IMG/VR virus record: IMGVR_UViG_3300037311_000293
Reading direction: 5' to 3' (one strand)
DNA length: 64,000 nt
Source of the DNA: a virus
Part shown: positions 47,161 to 56,457 of the stretch, one piece after another
Layout: each line of letters starts with the position of its first letter
Position numbering within the stretch: the first letter of the stretch is position 1
Made by a program: the position numbers and the translations under genes
The notes under the pieces: generated by a model
Told to the model about the DNA's origin: nothing
Databases searched by the model: none
Seen by the model: the letters and a program-made list of their open reading frames with translations, nothing else

Positions 47161-48131
47161 CGTTTCCTCTTGGGCTTCTTGCCTCGGATCGACTCGACTG
47201 CTTTGATCAGCAGCTTCTTGTCCTTCTCTTCTTTGCGGATGACCTTCTGCACCAACGTGTCATCGATGAGCTCGTCGAGCCTGTCTTCGATGAGGCTACG
47301 AAGAACCTGCGGCGGCAGCGCGTCGACCTCCCATGACGAGTCGCCGTGCTGCTCGACGTACTTCGCCGCGCGACTATCGGTGAGCTTCGCCGGGTTCGGT
47401 GGAGGATCATACTGCTCGATCTGACTCATCGTGAGCGCCAGCTTCTCCACGCGGACCTTGAGCCCAGGAAGCCGGAGCTTGCGCTCCTCCGCGGTCTCCT
47501 GTTCGAAGTCGTCATCGATGAGCCAGCCGTTGTTGACGTACTCGTAGAGCCGCTCGTCGATGTCACGGACCATGTCCTCACCGCTGGGATCGTGATCTCC
47601 GAGGTACAGGATGACGGCGGAGTCGGCACCGATGGCGTCGCAGCTCTCTCGAACCCGTGTTCCGGCTTCCTTCATCGCTGAGGTCGAGCTGTAGCCCCGA
47701 TTGACCATCAACGTGATGTGGTACTCCCTGGCGATGGGCGCCAAGACACCGGCAAGGGCGTCCTTCTCGACCCAGAGCTCGACGTAGGCGTCCTGGCCGA
47801 CAAGTCGAGGAAGCCGGTAGCTGTACAGCGCGGCGTCGAGGAGCTGGTTGAGGTCGTCGTACTGCGGCGGTTGCTGGGGCCGGCGAACACGGTCCTCCAC
47901 AGCATCCCAGCGGATCCAGCCACCCCGACGAGCTCGACTGACGATCTCTCCGATTCGCTTGTACGAGTTCTCGGTGTTTGGGATCAGATCCCTGGCAACG
48001 AGCTGGTAGTACAACTGACGAAGCGTGAGCCGAAGGTTCTGCTCGGCATAGCTATCGATGATCCCGATGATAACGTGAAGCAGCGCTCGCGTCGCCTTGG
48101 TCGGGCTGTAGCGCTCATAGATCTCCCTCAT
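47157..48131 (-). CDS. Topoisomerase VI subunit A/Spo11-like Toprim protein
   Basis: LRQLYYQL (CAP-domain Tyr), WVEKDAL, GYSS, YLGDHDPSG and WEVDAL motifs. Confidence 0.8.
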   Translation of the reverse strand: MREIYERYSPTKATRALLHVIIGIIDSYAEQNLRLTLRQLYYQLVARDLIPNTENSYKRIGEIVSRARRGGWIRWDAVEDRVRRPQQPPQYDDLNQLLDAALYSYRLPRLVGQDAYVELWVEKDALAGVLAPIAREYHITLMVNRGYSSTSAMKEAGTRVRESCDAIGADSAVILYLGDHDPSGEDMVRDIDERLYEYVNNGWLIDDDFEQETAEERKLRLPGLKVRVEKLALTMSQIEQYDPPPNPAKLTDSRAAKYVEQHGDSSWEVDALPPQVLRSLIEDRLDELIDDTLVQKVIRKEEKDKKLLIKAVESIRGKKPKRKR

Positions 48132-48357
48132 CTTGCACCCACACTTTCTCCTGAGCCGTTCTGTGGTAGCCCGACAGCACCAAGGCGATCAGCGGCATGA
48201 GCTCGCCGCGCCGATTCAGAGCGCTGAGTGCGTCGGCATAGAAGACCGGACGCACTTGCCGCTTCTCCACGATCTGGATCATCTCAGATCTGACATAGCC
48301 TTTCGCGCACAACGCCGTCAGGGCAACGTGGGCGAAGTAACGCTCGAGCTCCTTCAT
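48115..48357 (-). CDS. Hypothetical protein
   Basis: 80 aa from MKELERY. Confidence 0.5.
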   Translation of the reverse strand: MKELERYFAHVALTALCAKGYVRSEMIQIVEKRQVRPVFYADALSALNRRGELMPLIALVLSGYHRTAQEKVWVQDEGDL

Positions 48358-48427
48358 CGCCGCCGCCGTCGGAATACGCCACAGGGCCAGAGCACGAACG
48401 CGATCATGGTGTAGAGATACGTCGTCT

Positions 48428-48850
48428 TCACTTGAACCTCTTGTACATGTTGACGCTTCCAGCGATCTCGGCGGTGAGAGACTCACACCCGCAGTCGTCT
48501 TCGCAGACAAATCCAAGACTGCGAAGTAGAGGGATCATATGGATGTTGACCACCTCGGCGTGTACTTCGATCCCGACCTCTTCGGCCTCGTCTACCACGG
48601 CTTCGCAGAGTGCTCTCGCAACGCCTTGTCTACGAAACCTTGAATCGACCACAACAGAGAGGGTGATGCAGAGGCTGTCGGCATTGACAGCGACCGCCCC
48701 TATGACATCCCTATCGCCGTCAACCGCTAGATATCGGATCTCTTGATTGCGGTAGAGGTAGAGACCGGCTTCGTTGAAGAGATCGTAGCCCTCGTCGACA
48801 TCAACGTCATCGTCATCGGCCCCGACGATCTCGTACTCCACTTCGGACAT
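48428..48850 (-). CDS. GNAT-family acetyltransferase
   Basis: VVDSRFRRQGVARAL motif A; LLRSLGF. Confidence 0.85.
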   Translation of the reverse strand: MSEVEYEIVGADDDDVDVDEGYDLFNEAGLYLYRNQEIRYLAVDGDRDVIGAVAVNADSLCITLSVVVDSRFRRQGVARALCEAVVDEAEEVGIEVHAEVVNIHMIPLLRSLGFVCEDDCGCESLTAEIAGSVNMYKRFK

Positions 48851-48867
48851 GAATAGTCTCCTCGAGC

Positions 48868-48876
48868 CCTGATAGG
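48868..48876 (-). promoter_or_regulatory. CCTATCAGG motif upstream of SD
   Basis: CCTATCAG-ggctc-GAGGAG...ATG. Confidence 0.6.
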
Positions 48877-48923
48877 CAAAAGAGCAGAAGGACTAGCCCC
48901 GGCGAACCGGGGCTGTCCTCTGC
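48877..48923 (-). terminator. Intrinsic terminator
   Basis: AGCCCCGG-TTCG-CCGGGGCT extended stem followed by CTCTTTTGC. Confidence 0.8.
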
Positions 48924-48939
48924 ATCAGAGACCCTACAG

Positions 48940-49128
48940 CTAGAAACGCCACCGCCCCGTCCTGATGTAGTAACCCGCTACCTGTGTAGGGTTAGGAACG
49001 ATCAAACTATTGGCCGCCGAAACTCCACCAAGTTTGATCATGTAGTTGATACGGTAAGGCATCTCCTGAGCGATACGACGCGTCGCTTCTCGAAGGATCC
49101 GTCGGCGCTTTCTACTCACGGCACTCAT
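48940..49128 (-). CDS. Basic hypothetical protein
   Basis: 62 aa. Confidence 0.55.
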   Translation of the reverse strand: MSAVSRKRRRILREATRRIAQEMPYRINYMIKLGGVSAANSLIVPNPTQVAGYYIRTGRWRF

Positions 49129-49478
49129 TGCGATTGCTCGAGCGCTAGGCGCATTGCGGTTCCACGGAGCCAGCCTTCGAAGTGTGCTTGCTCCAGCGGG
49201 CCGCAGGGCCCTCCCGAAGCGGACTCAGGAACAACGAGCCGTGGCCCTTTGGGCCCCAAGCTGACGTAGGTCGGCCCGTAGACCTTCCTCCACTCACGGA
49301 GGCACGGGCTCATCCAGAGGGCGAAGCCTACGGCCGCGCTGCCTTCAGCCTGTGCTTTGTCGATGAGCTTCTGTGGCGTGGTGCCATGAGCAACGGCGTA
49401 CGACACGTAGTAGGGGTTCCAGCCCGTTGCGTGTTTCGTCTCTTCGGCGCCGGGTGGCACGATCACGATCACTTCCAT
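49125..49478 (-). CDS. Hypothetical protein
   Basis: Start MEVIVIV, coupled. Confidence 0.6.
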   Translation of the reverse strand: MEVIVIVPPGAEETKHATGWNPYYVSYAVAHGTTPQKLIDKAQAEGSAAVGFALWMSPCLREWRKVYGPTYVSLGPKGPRLVVPESASGGPCGPLEQAHFEGWLRGTAMRLALEQSQ

Positions 49479-49681
49479 CAGTCGACCTCTTGCGGGTCTG
49501 GGTTTCGCTCCATGTCGCAAGCGAAACAGGTACACAGCTCTCCACGAGCCCTTTCTGCCTGCCGTTCAGGATGATCGTGCTTGAGGCGGGGATTGAGCCA
49601 CATGCCGCCGACTACCTTTCCGTCCCTGACAACCTCGGCGTCGGGCTCTCCCATGAACCTCTTTGGGGTGTTGTTAGTCAT
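49478..49681 (-). CDS. Hypothetical protein
   Basis: Start MTNNTPK. Confidence 0.55.
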   Translation of the reverse strand: MTNNTPKRFMGEPDAEVVRDGKVVGGMWLNPRLKHDHPERQAERARGELCTCFACDMERNPDPQEVD

Positions 49682-49865
49682 CAGTCGACCCCTTCTCCAG
49701 CTTGCTGAGTACCTGATGCTGTTTGGCGACGAGACGTTTGAGCTCGCGGATCTCACGATCTTTCTCGGCGAGCAGCTTGATGAAGTACGAAGAAGGCGCC
49801 ACGCGCCGTGCGCCGAGCCGGTAGGCCACGACGCACAGCGCTAGTGTGATCGAGATGTAGAGCAC
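49674..49865 (-). CDS. Small membrane-anchored coiled-coil protein
   Basis: 63 aa with N-terminal TM. Confidence 0.6.
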   Translation of the reverse strand: MLYISITLALCVVAYRLGARRVAPSSYFIKLLAEKDREIRELKRLVAKQHQVLSKLEKGSTDD

Positions 49866-49868
49866 GGT

Positions 49869-50861
49869 TCACCCGTCGATCTCTTCCCAGATCTCCTTGA
49901 CGCATTCGTAGACCATACGCCCGTACGTCAGTCCGGGACGCATCTTCACTCCGAGGAAGTGGAGAACAACGCGCATCTCGCTCAGTTCGGGCGGTTTGCC
50001 GCGCCGTTCGCCGCCAGCCAGAGCCATCATCATGCTCTGCGCCCAATAGCCGCCCCGATCGCCGTACACCAGGCGACAGAACCAGTGAGGGAGCTTGGTG
50101 CCGGGCTCGTCGAGTGCGGCAAACCGCGTGAGCTCATTGATCGAGGCCACCAGATCCTTGTCCGAGGCCTCGATTTCGGCGATGCGCCGTCTGATGGTGT
50201 TGTTCGTTCGCTTCTGGTTCGACTTCAGGCGGAGGTAGAAGGCGCCATCTTGTAACGACCTCAACATGGGAGCCGGCAACATCCTGGACCTGTCGCTCGC
50301 GAAGATCTCGTCGATGCGCGCGACAACGCGCTTCGCCGGCAACTCGCTGTTCTGAATCATGGGTGTGTACTCCATGATCTGACACGCCTCGATGCACAGC
50401 TTCTCTAGAGCCTCGACGAGGGCGTCGAGGGTGTTGGACACGAAGGTGTCCTTCGGCGTCGGCACAGCCGTTTCCGGCGGCAGCTTCTTCACCTCCCACG
50501 AAGAAGCGAAGAGGCGGCTGTGACCAACGGCGAGACGGAGCTTCTTCTCCGCCATCTGCCGAGATGGATGCACCGCAGTGACGTGTACCGGCTGCCTGGT
50601 GGCGCCGTGGATCGACAGAGAGACCCCGTAGATCTTCTCGCCGTGTACGACGAACTCCCCGATGGCGTCGTACATCCGCTGCCAGTCGGTGTCGCTGATT
50701 CGACAGACCTCACGGCGCTGGCCGAACACCGGATTGCAGGTCGGGCAGTACGGCCGCTCGGTGTCCATGAGGCGATTGCACGTCTCGCAGCGCACCGGAT
50801 TGATCGTGATGTCGGCTTGAGGAACCTTGTCCATGAGCACTTCGTCCGAGAGATACATCAT
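49869..50861 (-). CDS. Zinc-ribbon hypothetical protein
   Basis: Start re-called at MMYLSD; CETC...CPTC. Confidence 0.65.
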   Translation of the reverse strand: MMYLSDEVLMDKVPQADITINPVRCETCNRLMDTERPYCPTCNPVFGQRREVCRISDTDWQRMYDAIGEFVVHGEKIYGVSLSIHGATRQPVHVTAVHPSRQMAEKKLRLAVGHSRLFASSWEVKKLPPETAVPTPKDTFVSNTLDALVEALEKLCIEACQIMEYTPMIQNSELPAKRVVARIDEIFASDRSRMLPAPMLRSLQDGAFYLRLKSNQKRTNNTIRRRIAEIEASDKDLVASINELTRFAALDEPGTKLPHWFCRLVYGDRGGYWAQSMMMALAGGERRGKPPELSEMRVVLHFLGVKMRPGLTYGRMVYECVKEIWEEIDG

Positions 50862-51106
50862 CTCTTTCCTTTCCATGCGTTGTTGCGCATGCGCGATCGG
50901 GATGCTTGCTTTCTTGAGACCCCGAGAAACTTGGCTTCGGTTTTGTTCCACCAGTTGACCGTTTTGGACCTGAGCTTTGGAGAGGACCAGAGCCAGCCCT
51001 TGAACGTACGGTCCGGCCACCGCGGCAGGCTGACACCGTACTGGCGCAGACGACGTAGCCTGTTGTAGGCGATGCGCTCAAGGCGCATTCGTCGTTTTGT
51101 CGCCAT
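50858..51106 (-). CDS. Basic Trp-rich hypothetical protein
   Basis: 82 aa, ATGA overlap with the next gene. Confidence 0.55.
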   Translation of the reverse strand: MATKRRMRLERIAYNRLRRLRQYGVSLPRWPDRTFKGWLWSSPKLRSKTVNWWNKTEAKFLGVSRKQASRSRMRNNAWKGKR

Positions 51107-51108
51107 GA

Positions 51109-51528
51109 TCAGACCTCTCGGATCCCGCTGTAGTCAGGGCGCTCACTCTTGTACAGAGAAGTGTGGTAGCGCCGGACCTGTTGAGTGAGCTCACGTCGGA
51201 TGTGTTTCCGGAAGAGCTTTGTCGCGCGTTGCAACGTGGTTCGCATCTTATCCTTCGAGACCAGGCCGCTGATCTTGAACTTCTTGAGGAACCACGCGGT
51301 TCCAAGATCGATGTCGAAGCCGGTCTTCGGGATGTGAAGAACCCCGACGCTGGCGTACGTCGTGTTGATGCTGGTACTGATGGCAACGACACAAGCGAAC
51401 TCGCCGGCCCTGCCGATGTAGCCGTACTTCAAGCCGTACTCACCCGAAGGCGCGCTGGTATCGAGATCACAGATGTCTTCGGCGCCGAACGTACGGAGCT
51501 GCGTCGCTGTCTTGTAGACCCACTTCAT
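51109..51528 (-). CDS. Hypothetical protein
   Basis: Start MKWVYK after GGAGG. Confidence 0.65.
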   Translation of the reverse strand: MKWVYKTATQLRTFGAEDICDLDTSAPSGEYGLKYGYIGRAGEFACVVAISTSINTTYASVGVLHIPKTGFDIDLGTAWFLKKFKISGLVSKDKMRTTLQRATKLFRKHIRRELTQQVRRYHTSLYKSERPDYSGIREV

Positions 51529-51917
51529 CAATCCTCCATCAAGAGCGCTAGGGCTCTGTTCACCGTTATCTCGGTCACGCGAAGCTCGTTGAGCCGCTTC
51601 ACCGCAGTACTCATGCGGATGTTGTCCCGTGCACCCGGACAACCCATCCATGCCTGTGCGGCATCAAGCACCTCGCGTTCTGCTTCGATCAAAGCCTTAG
51701 TGATCTCCGCTTTACTGCTTATAGCGGCATTCAGCTCGGCTTTGCGCGCCTCGGCCCGCTGCATCTCTGGCTCGGTGGCGTGGAGCTCGTGCTCTTGTAC
51801 GACGGTGTCGGTACCGCCGGGTAGAACAACGATCCAAGTATTAGGGCCCAGTCGACAGTAGACTTCTACCTGACCGAGCCCCGCTACCCAGCGCGTCTGG
51901 TTCTCTTCTACGCTCAT
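51528..51917 (-). CDS. Hypothetical protein
   Basis: 129 aa. Confidence 0.6.
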   Translation of the reverse strand: MSVEENQTRWVAGLGQVEVYCRLGPNTWIVVLPGGTDTVVQEHELHATEPEMQRAEARKAELNAAISSKAEITKALIEAEREVLDAAQAWMGCPGARDNIRMSTAVKRLNELRVTEITVNRALALLMED

Positions 51918-52423
51918 CCTTCACGCGACTCCCAGAGGTCGGTTTTGTACAGCGCCGTGATCCACTCGAAGTTCTGAATACTCAATCGCTCGCGGAAGGC
52001 GACGCGCTCTTCTCTTCTGGTGTAAGCGACTCCGATCACCGATACACGATCGGCCGTCTTGGTAGATACACGAGCACGAAGACCACCTGTCGAGTGCCTC
52101 GACTCCCAACGCATCACACCGATGTCGGCGCGTAGACGTTGTCGTGCCAAGTCGACCCCTGGTGTGGACGTTGCCCAGGAATCGATCTCACGAAGCAACA
52201 TCTCGACAAGAGCGTGAACCTGCTCATCACTACGAGCGAAACGAGCAAGTGCCCAAACACGCCACTCCTCTCGAGTATTTTTCCAGATATCCTCGAACAT
52301 CTGGTCTGCTGAAGCGTCGAACCGCCAGTTCCATCCGACCTCCGAAATGGCCGCTTTGCACGCATGAGATCTTCTCAAGTTGTGCATCAACATCTTGAAG
52401 GCCTGAGCGAGCTCACTAGACAA
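51914..52423 (-). CDS. Hypothetical protein
   Basis: 169 aa. Confidence 0.6.
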   Translation of the reverse strand: MSSELAQAFKMLMHNLRRSHACKAAISEVGWNWRFDASADQMFEDIWKNTREEWRVWALARFARSDEQVHALVEMLLREIDSWATSTPGVDLARQRLRADIGVMRWESRHSTGGLRARVSTKTADRVSVIGVAYTRREERVAFRERLSIQNFEWITALYKTDLWESREG

Positions 52424-52727
52424 TGCCGGCCTCCTCCCTGGCTAGCAGACAGATCTCATAACCCGGTACCACGAGCTCCTTGCACGTCGCCGGTCGATTG
52501 GCGTAGATCGAACAACGAACACGGCCGCCGACAACACCGTCCAGCGCGATGCAGACCTGGACGCCTTGCTTGTTGGTCTTCGTTCGCAGAGGGATCAAGC
52601 CGTGGGAGGCTTTCTTGTGGAGCATCTCTTCTGGGATCAAGACTGACTCCTGCGGCGTGGCGTCGACGTGGGCATCGATGCCCCGCTCCGTGGTGCAGCA
52701 GGCGCCGCAGCGCTGGCAGTCCATCAC
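52416..52727 (-). CDS. YkgJ family (CxxCxxCC) putative Fe-S/zinc protein
   Basis: DCQRCGACC...CIAL...CSIYANRPATC. Confidence 0.85.
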   Translation of the reverse strand: MMDCQRCGACCTTERGIDAHVDATPQESVLIPEEMLHKKASHGLIPLRTKTNKQGVQVCIALDGVVGGRVRCSIYANRPATCKELVVPGYEICLLAREEAGIV

Positions 52728-53143
52728 CGTAGCAGCCTCTTCAAGTCGACGTCACGCCCATCGCGCCGGGCGTACTGAAGGCTTTCGTAGACATGCATCC
52801 AGATACGACCGATGTGATGACCCACGACGTCTCGTGTATCCGAGAGATCTTGGATTGCCTCGGCGTAGCGTCCGCTCAGCGCGTGCTCGTGGGCACGATA
52901 GACCTTCGCCAGCGGATGGAGCTCGGCGACATCAGCCACTGGCACCACCCAGATGTGGTACTTCGAGCCATCTTCGTAGGTGCCCTCGAACTCGAAGGCA
53001 TCGACCGAACATGCACACGCCGCAGCAGCATCGCTGTCGTAGACCTTGTTGGTGTCGTCTCGCTGGACTTCGACGAAGCCTTCGGGGATTCCGGTCTTCT
53101 TGTTGTGCTCTTCGTTCACCAGAAGTGCGCCGTGCATCAGCAT
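52724..53143 (-). CDS. Hypothetical protein
   Basis: 139 aa. Confidence 0.65.
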   Translation of the reverse strand: MLMHGALLVNEEHNKKTGIPEGFVEVQRDDTNKVYDSDAAAACACSVDAFEFEGTYEDGSKYHIWVVPVADVAELHPLAKVYRAHEHALSGRYAEAIQDLSDTRDVVGHHIGRIWMHVYESLQYARRDGRDVDLKRLLR

Positions 53144-53152
53144 GATTGCTCC

Positions 53153-53584
53153 TCAGTATCTCAGGGCGCCGGTGTGCCAGCCTTCGATGAGTTGATCGAA
53201 GATGGCGTTCCAGCGCGCGGTTTCATTGCTGATGTCCTCGAGGTCGAACTCGATCTCAGCCTTCTTGGTCAACTTGGGCTTGGCCTCGACACGCCGCACA
53301 ACCGATGCGACGTGCATGTAGGTCACCGGCTCGCTGTACGTCGAGCCTTCCTCAATCCAGGTGTGGAGCTCCTCGAGCCTGTCTTCCTCAAGATCTTCGA
53401 CGGGGATGTAGTCGACGCCGATGTATATCAAGCAGTGACTCGGAGTCGTCTCGGCGCAGTACGTGTACTCCGCTGCGTCGTAAGCGTATACCCCGTAGAT
53501 CTCTTGTGTCAGCGATTTGACCTCGTCAGACCAGTGCTCGCGTTCCGGCAGTTTGATCAGATGGTAGTTGTGGTCCATCATCAA
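53153..53584 (-). CDS. Acidic hypothetical protein
   Basis: 143 aa. Confidence 0.65.
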   Translation of the reverse strand: MMMDHNYHLIKLPEREHWSDEVKSLTQEIYGVYAYDAAEYTYCAETTPSHCLIYIGVDYIPVEDLEEDRLEELHTWIEEGSTYSEPVTYMHVASVVRRVEAKPKLTKKAEIEFDLEDISNETARWNAIFDQLIEGWHTGALRY

Positions 53585-53835
53585 GCCTCAATGTCAGCGA
53601 TCGTCACGCGGACGCTGCTCGGGTCGTGTAACGAGCGGATGACATCGACTCTGTTGATGACAAAGCCGTACTCCCTGAGACGGTCGCTCTCGCGTTCGAA
53701 TGCGTAGCGCATCTTGGTCAGTACTCCCGGCGAGGCTGGCAAGCCCAAGTATTGCTCTGCGATCTTTACATACCTTTCTCTTACGTGGCCTTCGATCAGT
53801 GAATACACGAACTCGTAGATGATGGTCTTGAGCAT
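53581..53835 (-). CDS. Hypothetical protein whose ATG overlaps the tRNA CCA
   Basis: 84 aa from MLKTIIYEF. Confidence 0.55.
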   Translation of the reverse strand: MLKTIIYEFVYSLIEGHVRERYVKIAEQYLGLPASPGVLTKMRYAFERESDRLREYGFVINRVDVIRSLHDPSSVRVTIADIEA

Positions 53836-53909
53836 GGTAGGACCAGTCGGGATCGAACCGACGACAGCCGCCTTGTAAGGGCGGTGCTCTACCGCTGAGC
53901 TATGGTCCC
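53835..53909 (-). tRNA. trnV: tRNA-Val(UAC) with encoded CCA
   Basis: GGGACCATAGCTCAGCGGTAGAGCA-CCGCC-CTTACAA-GGCGG-CTGTCGTCGGTTCGATCCCGACTGGTCCTACCA forms a cloverleaf. Confidence 0.95.
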
Positions 53910-54032
53910 AGATTCCCGCAGTACATCCTTTAGGGCGGGATCTCTTGTTTCCGGTGACGTGCTGTGTTGTTCCCTGAGTACCGTCAAGCGCACAGCAGAT
54001 CATGCTCACCAGCTACACGGGTCGTACTTGGT

Positions 54033-54230
54033 TCACGTGACGACCGAACGCCCGGATTCAAAGGGCACCAGATGCTTCCACCGCCGAGCCCGCAGGGCAA
54101 CGAAGAAGCCCTGACGTAGCTGCGCCGACACAGTGGGGGAGACGACCTCCGCCTTAGTGACGACTTGTCCCAGCAGCCATGGGACGGGCAGGAGCACTGG
54201 GACCAGTCCCAGTACTAGAAGGTGGATCAT
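54033..54230 (-). CDS. Small membrane protein
   Basis: 65 aa with hydrophobic N-terminus. Confidence 0.5.
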   Translation of the reverse strand: MIHLLVLGLVPVLLPVPWLLGQVVTKAEVVSPTVSAQLRQGFFVALRARRWKHLVPFESGRSVVT

Positions 54231-54258
54231 CCGTTCCCCGGCACCTTGCTACTGATGT

Positions 54259-54528
54259 TCATATGACCTTGGGGATGTCGTAGCCCAGCTTTGCGCCGAG
54301 CATCAAGACGATAGCTAGAGGTAGCTCGAAGCGGTCGTACTGGCCGTAGATGCCATCCTTGACCACGTTGCGCGCGAACACGATCCCAGGCGAGTACGCC
54401 ACAACATCGTAGTCATCGAAGATCTTGCGCGCCAAAGCGATGATCGGATCCCAAGCAGCGAAGAACAGGGCTTCGTCACGGGTCGCGTTTCCGCTTGGAA
54501 GACGTAGTGCCGGTGTTAGCTCACGCAT
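54259..54528 (-). CDS. Hypothetical protein
   Basis: Start MRELTP. Confidence 0.6.
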   Translation of the reverse strand: MRELTPALRLPSGNATRDEALFFAAWDPIIALARKIFDDYDVVAYSPGIVFARNVVKDGIYGQYDRFELPLAIVLMLGAKLGYDIPKVI

Positions 54529-54817
54529 TGCTGAAGGCTCCAACCTCATCGACGATCATGATCGTACGACGCATGTAGTCATCGAACTTGGGGTGTTGCA
54601 GCGTCAGGCCCTTCACGCGAGCCAGATGACGCCAATGCAACCACGTAACCCACGGATGATACGGATACGACAACGGCCGCAGAGCAAGCTCCTGGCGACG
54701 CATGAGGCGGCGCGTCGACTTCTGCTGACCGTCTGCCGAGCGATTCTTGTTGTGTAGACGCTTCTGCGCCTTGCGGTGCCGCTTGAGCGCGGCGCGTTGT
54801 TGCGGTGTCAGCTTCAC
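54521..54817 (-). CDS. Basic hypothetical protein
   Basis: 98 aa, coupled. Confidence 0.55.
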   Translation of the reverse strand: MKLTPQQRAALKRHRKAQKRLHNKNRSADGQQKSTRRLMRRQELALRPLSYPYHPWVTWLHWRHLARVKGLTLQHPKFDDYMRRTIMIVDEVGAFSNA

Positions 54818-55185
54818 GCCCGGCTCCCAAGAATGGTGTTGAAGAACGCGACGTCACGACGGGCTTCCTCGAGCGCGCCAGCGATCGCCTGCTTGACGAT
54901 CCTAGATCCGACGTAGGGCTTGGTATCGCATCGCAGACTGTCGGACTCAAGTAGTGCAACCGTCTTGAGTGCGTTGTCCCGGCATGCTGTGATCCGACAC
55001 GGCAACGGGCGCTTGTCATCCACTGGCTTGAGCTCGTGACTACCAACCCAAACGAGTGAGTCCTTGAACTGCAACAGCGCGTCGCATGAGCCGAGAGGAC
55101 CGTAGGGCTCCCATTTCACGACGACACCGAGCTCACCACGGAATATGACCTCACGCCCGATCATGGGCGTAATGATAGGATCCAT
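54814..55185 (-). CDS. Hypothetical protein
   Basis: 123 aa. Confidence 0.6.
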   Translation of the reverse strand: MDPIITPMIGREVIFRGELGVVVKWEPYGPLGSCDALLQFKDSLVWVGSHELKPVDDKRPLPCRITACRDNALKTVALLESDSLRCDTKPYVGSRIVKQAIAGALEEARRDVAFFNTILGSRA

Positions 55186-55792
55186 CTGACCTCGTGAAAG
55201 CGCTGATGATCTTGCTCACCGGAACGTGAACATGCACGATGTCTGCGGCGTGCTGAAGTTGCGCGTTGAACTTTGGCAGAAACACGGCGTTGTAGAAGGC
55301 CGGGTCGGCCTTGCGGCCAGGCAAGTCGTCGAGCACCAGAGCATGAGCCCAGCAGGTGACGGCCACGGAGCACGCGACGCCAGAATGCCGACCCGCGAAT
55401 GAATCGGCAGCGAGAATCACCGCCTTGTGTGCGTAGAAGTGCGGGGACCATGAAAGATCGAGGTAGCTGGTCTTCACCAGACGATGCAGATCGTCGCGGT
55501 TATAGTTCCCCGTCATCCAGCGACGAAAGGCCCCGAGCAACTCCTCGGCGTAGGGCTCGAGGCGATCTTCGAGCTCACCGAGCAACTCAGAAAGAGCTGC
55601 GGCGCGGGGAAGGTCGATCTCAGCCTGCCGTGCAAGCCACATCAACCAGTCACCCCTGGGGCATGTTTCCCACACGCCGGCAAGGGTGATGTTGTCGTCT
55701 TGCTGCTTGACCCACATCAGGGCTTCGTTGCATGCGTGTATTCTGATCAAGAGCTCGATCAGTTCGTCGCGCTTACCGAGAATGGCAGTCAT
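55151..55792 (-). CDS. Hypothetical phage protein
   Basis: ACNEALMWV...WETCPRGDWLMWL motif. Confidence 0.7.
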   Translation of the reverse strand: MTAILGKRDELIELLIRIHACNEALMWVKQQDDNITLAGVWETCPRGDWLMWLARQAEIDLPRAAALSELLGELEDRLEPYAEELLGAFRRWMTGNYNRDDLHRLVKTSYLDLSWSPHFYAHKAVILAADSFAGRHSGVACSVAVTCWAHALVLDDLPGRKADPAFYNAVFLPKFNAQLQHAADIVHVHVPVSKIISAFTRSDGSYHYAHDRA

Positions 55793-56427
55793 GTCTCGAT
55801 GTCCTTTCGGATCTCACCTGTGATGAGGTCGTAGATCGGGTTCTTCTTGAGGTGCTCGGCGATGGCCTTGTCCTCCCAGAGATGGCGACGCGCCATCAGA
55901 TCGGCGTAGTCCTTCCTGATCTTCTTGTCTTCATCAGTCTCCGGGTACTTGTCCGAGAACGTTTGCGTCCCTGCCCAGTTCTTGGCGTTCTTCACAGCAC
56001 GGGCGCGCAACGCCGGAAGACCCTCGATGCTGAAGCGCAGCTTCATTCTGATCCGCTTGTTCGACGGCCGCTCCACTGCGCTGCGCCTCAGGTGCTTGGC
56101 GTACCAGTGGGTGTTGATCACCTTCCTAGACACCCGAATCACATCTCGGGCACTCCAGGTGGCACCAGTCAACACGCTCCAAGGATCCACTGCGTCAAGA
56201 ACAGCAGGTGACTTGTGAGCGATGAGCCCGGTTTCGACGTGAAGAATGATCGCGAGATTCGGAAGGCTCACTGGGACTGTGGTGTGCGACAGCCCATGAT
56301 GGCTGTCGGTGGCCTCGATCAGCTTCCAATGCAGCGGTGTGGCCGAGAACCGTTGCGCGTCGGCGTGAAGCGCAGCGTTGATTTCCAGTGCCGTGAGGCA
56401 CTTGGCATAGAGCTTTGCTGTAGACAT
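55789..56427 (-). CDS. Hypothetical protein
   Basis: 212 aa, SD GGAGG. Confidence 0.7.
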   Translation of the reverse strand: MSTAKLYAKCLTALEINAALHADAQRFSATPLHWKLIEATDSHHGLSHTTVPVSLPNLAIILHVETGLIAHKSPAVLDAVDPWSVLTGATWSARDVIRVSRKVINTHWYAKHLRRSAVERPSNKRIRMKLRFSIEGLPALRARAVKNAKNWAGTQTFSDKYPETDEDKKIRKDYADLMARRHLWEDKAIAEHLKKNPIYDLITGEIRKDIET

Positions 56428-56439
56428 GATCCTCCACAG

Positions 56440-56448
56440 CCTGATAGG
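56440..56448 (-). promoter_or_regulatory. CCTATCAGG motif upstream of SD
   Basis: CCTATCAG-gctgtg-GAGGA-tc-ATG. Confidence 0.6.
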
Positions 56449-56457
56449 CCAGGATTC

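Noticed and set aside
53581-54009. 142-aa ORF from the track
   Set aside because: Its N-terminal half is translated tRNA-Val sequence; the real start is taken as 53835.
54000-54035. Possible readthrough of the TGA at 54033 (VVT*TKYDPCSW)
   Set aside because: The extension is only 8 codons and has no independent support.
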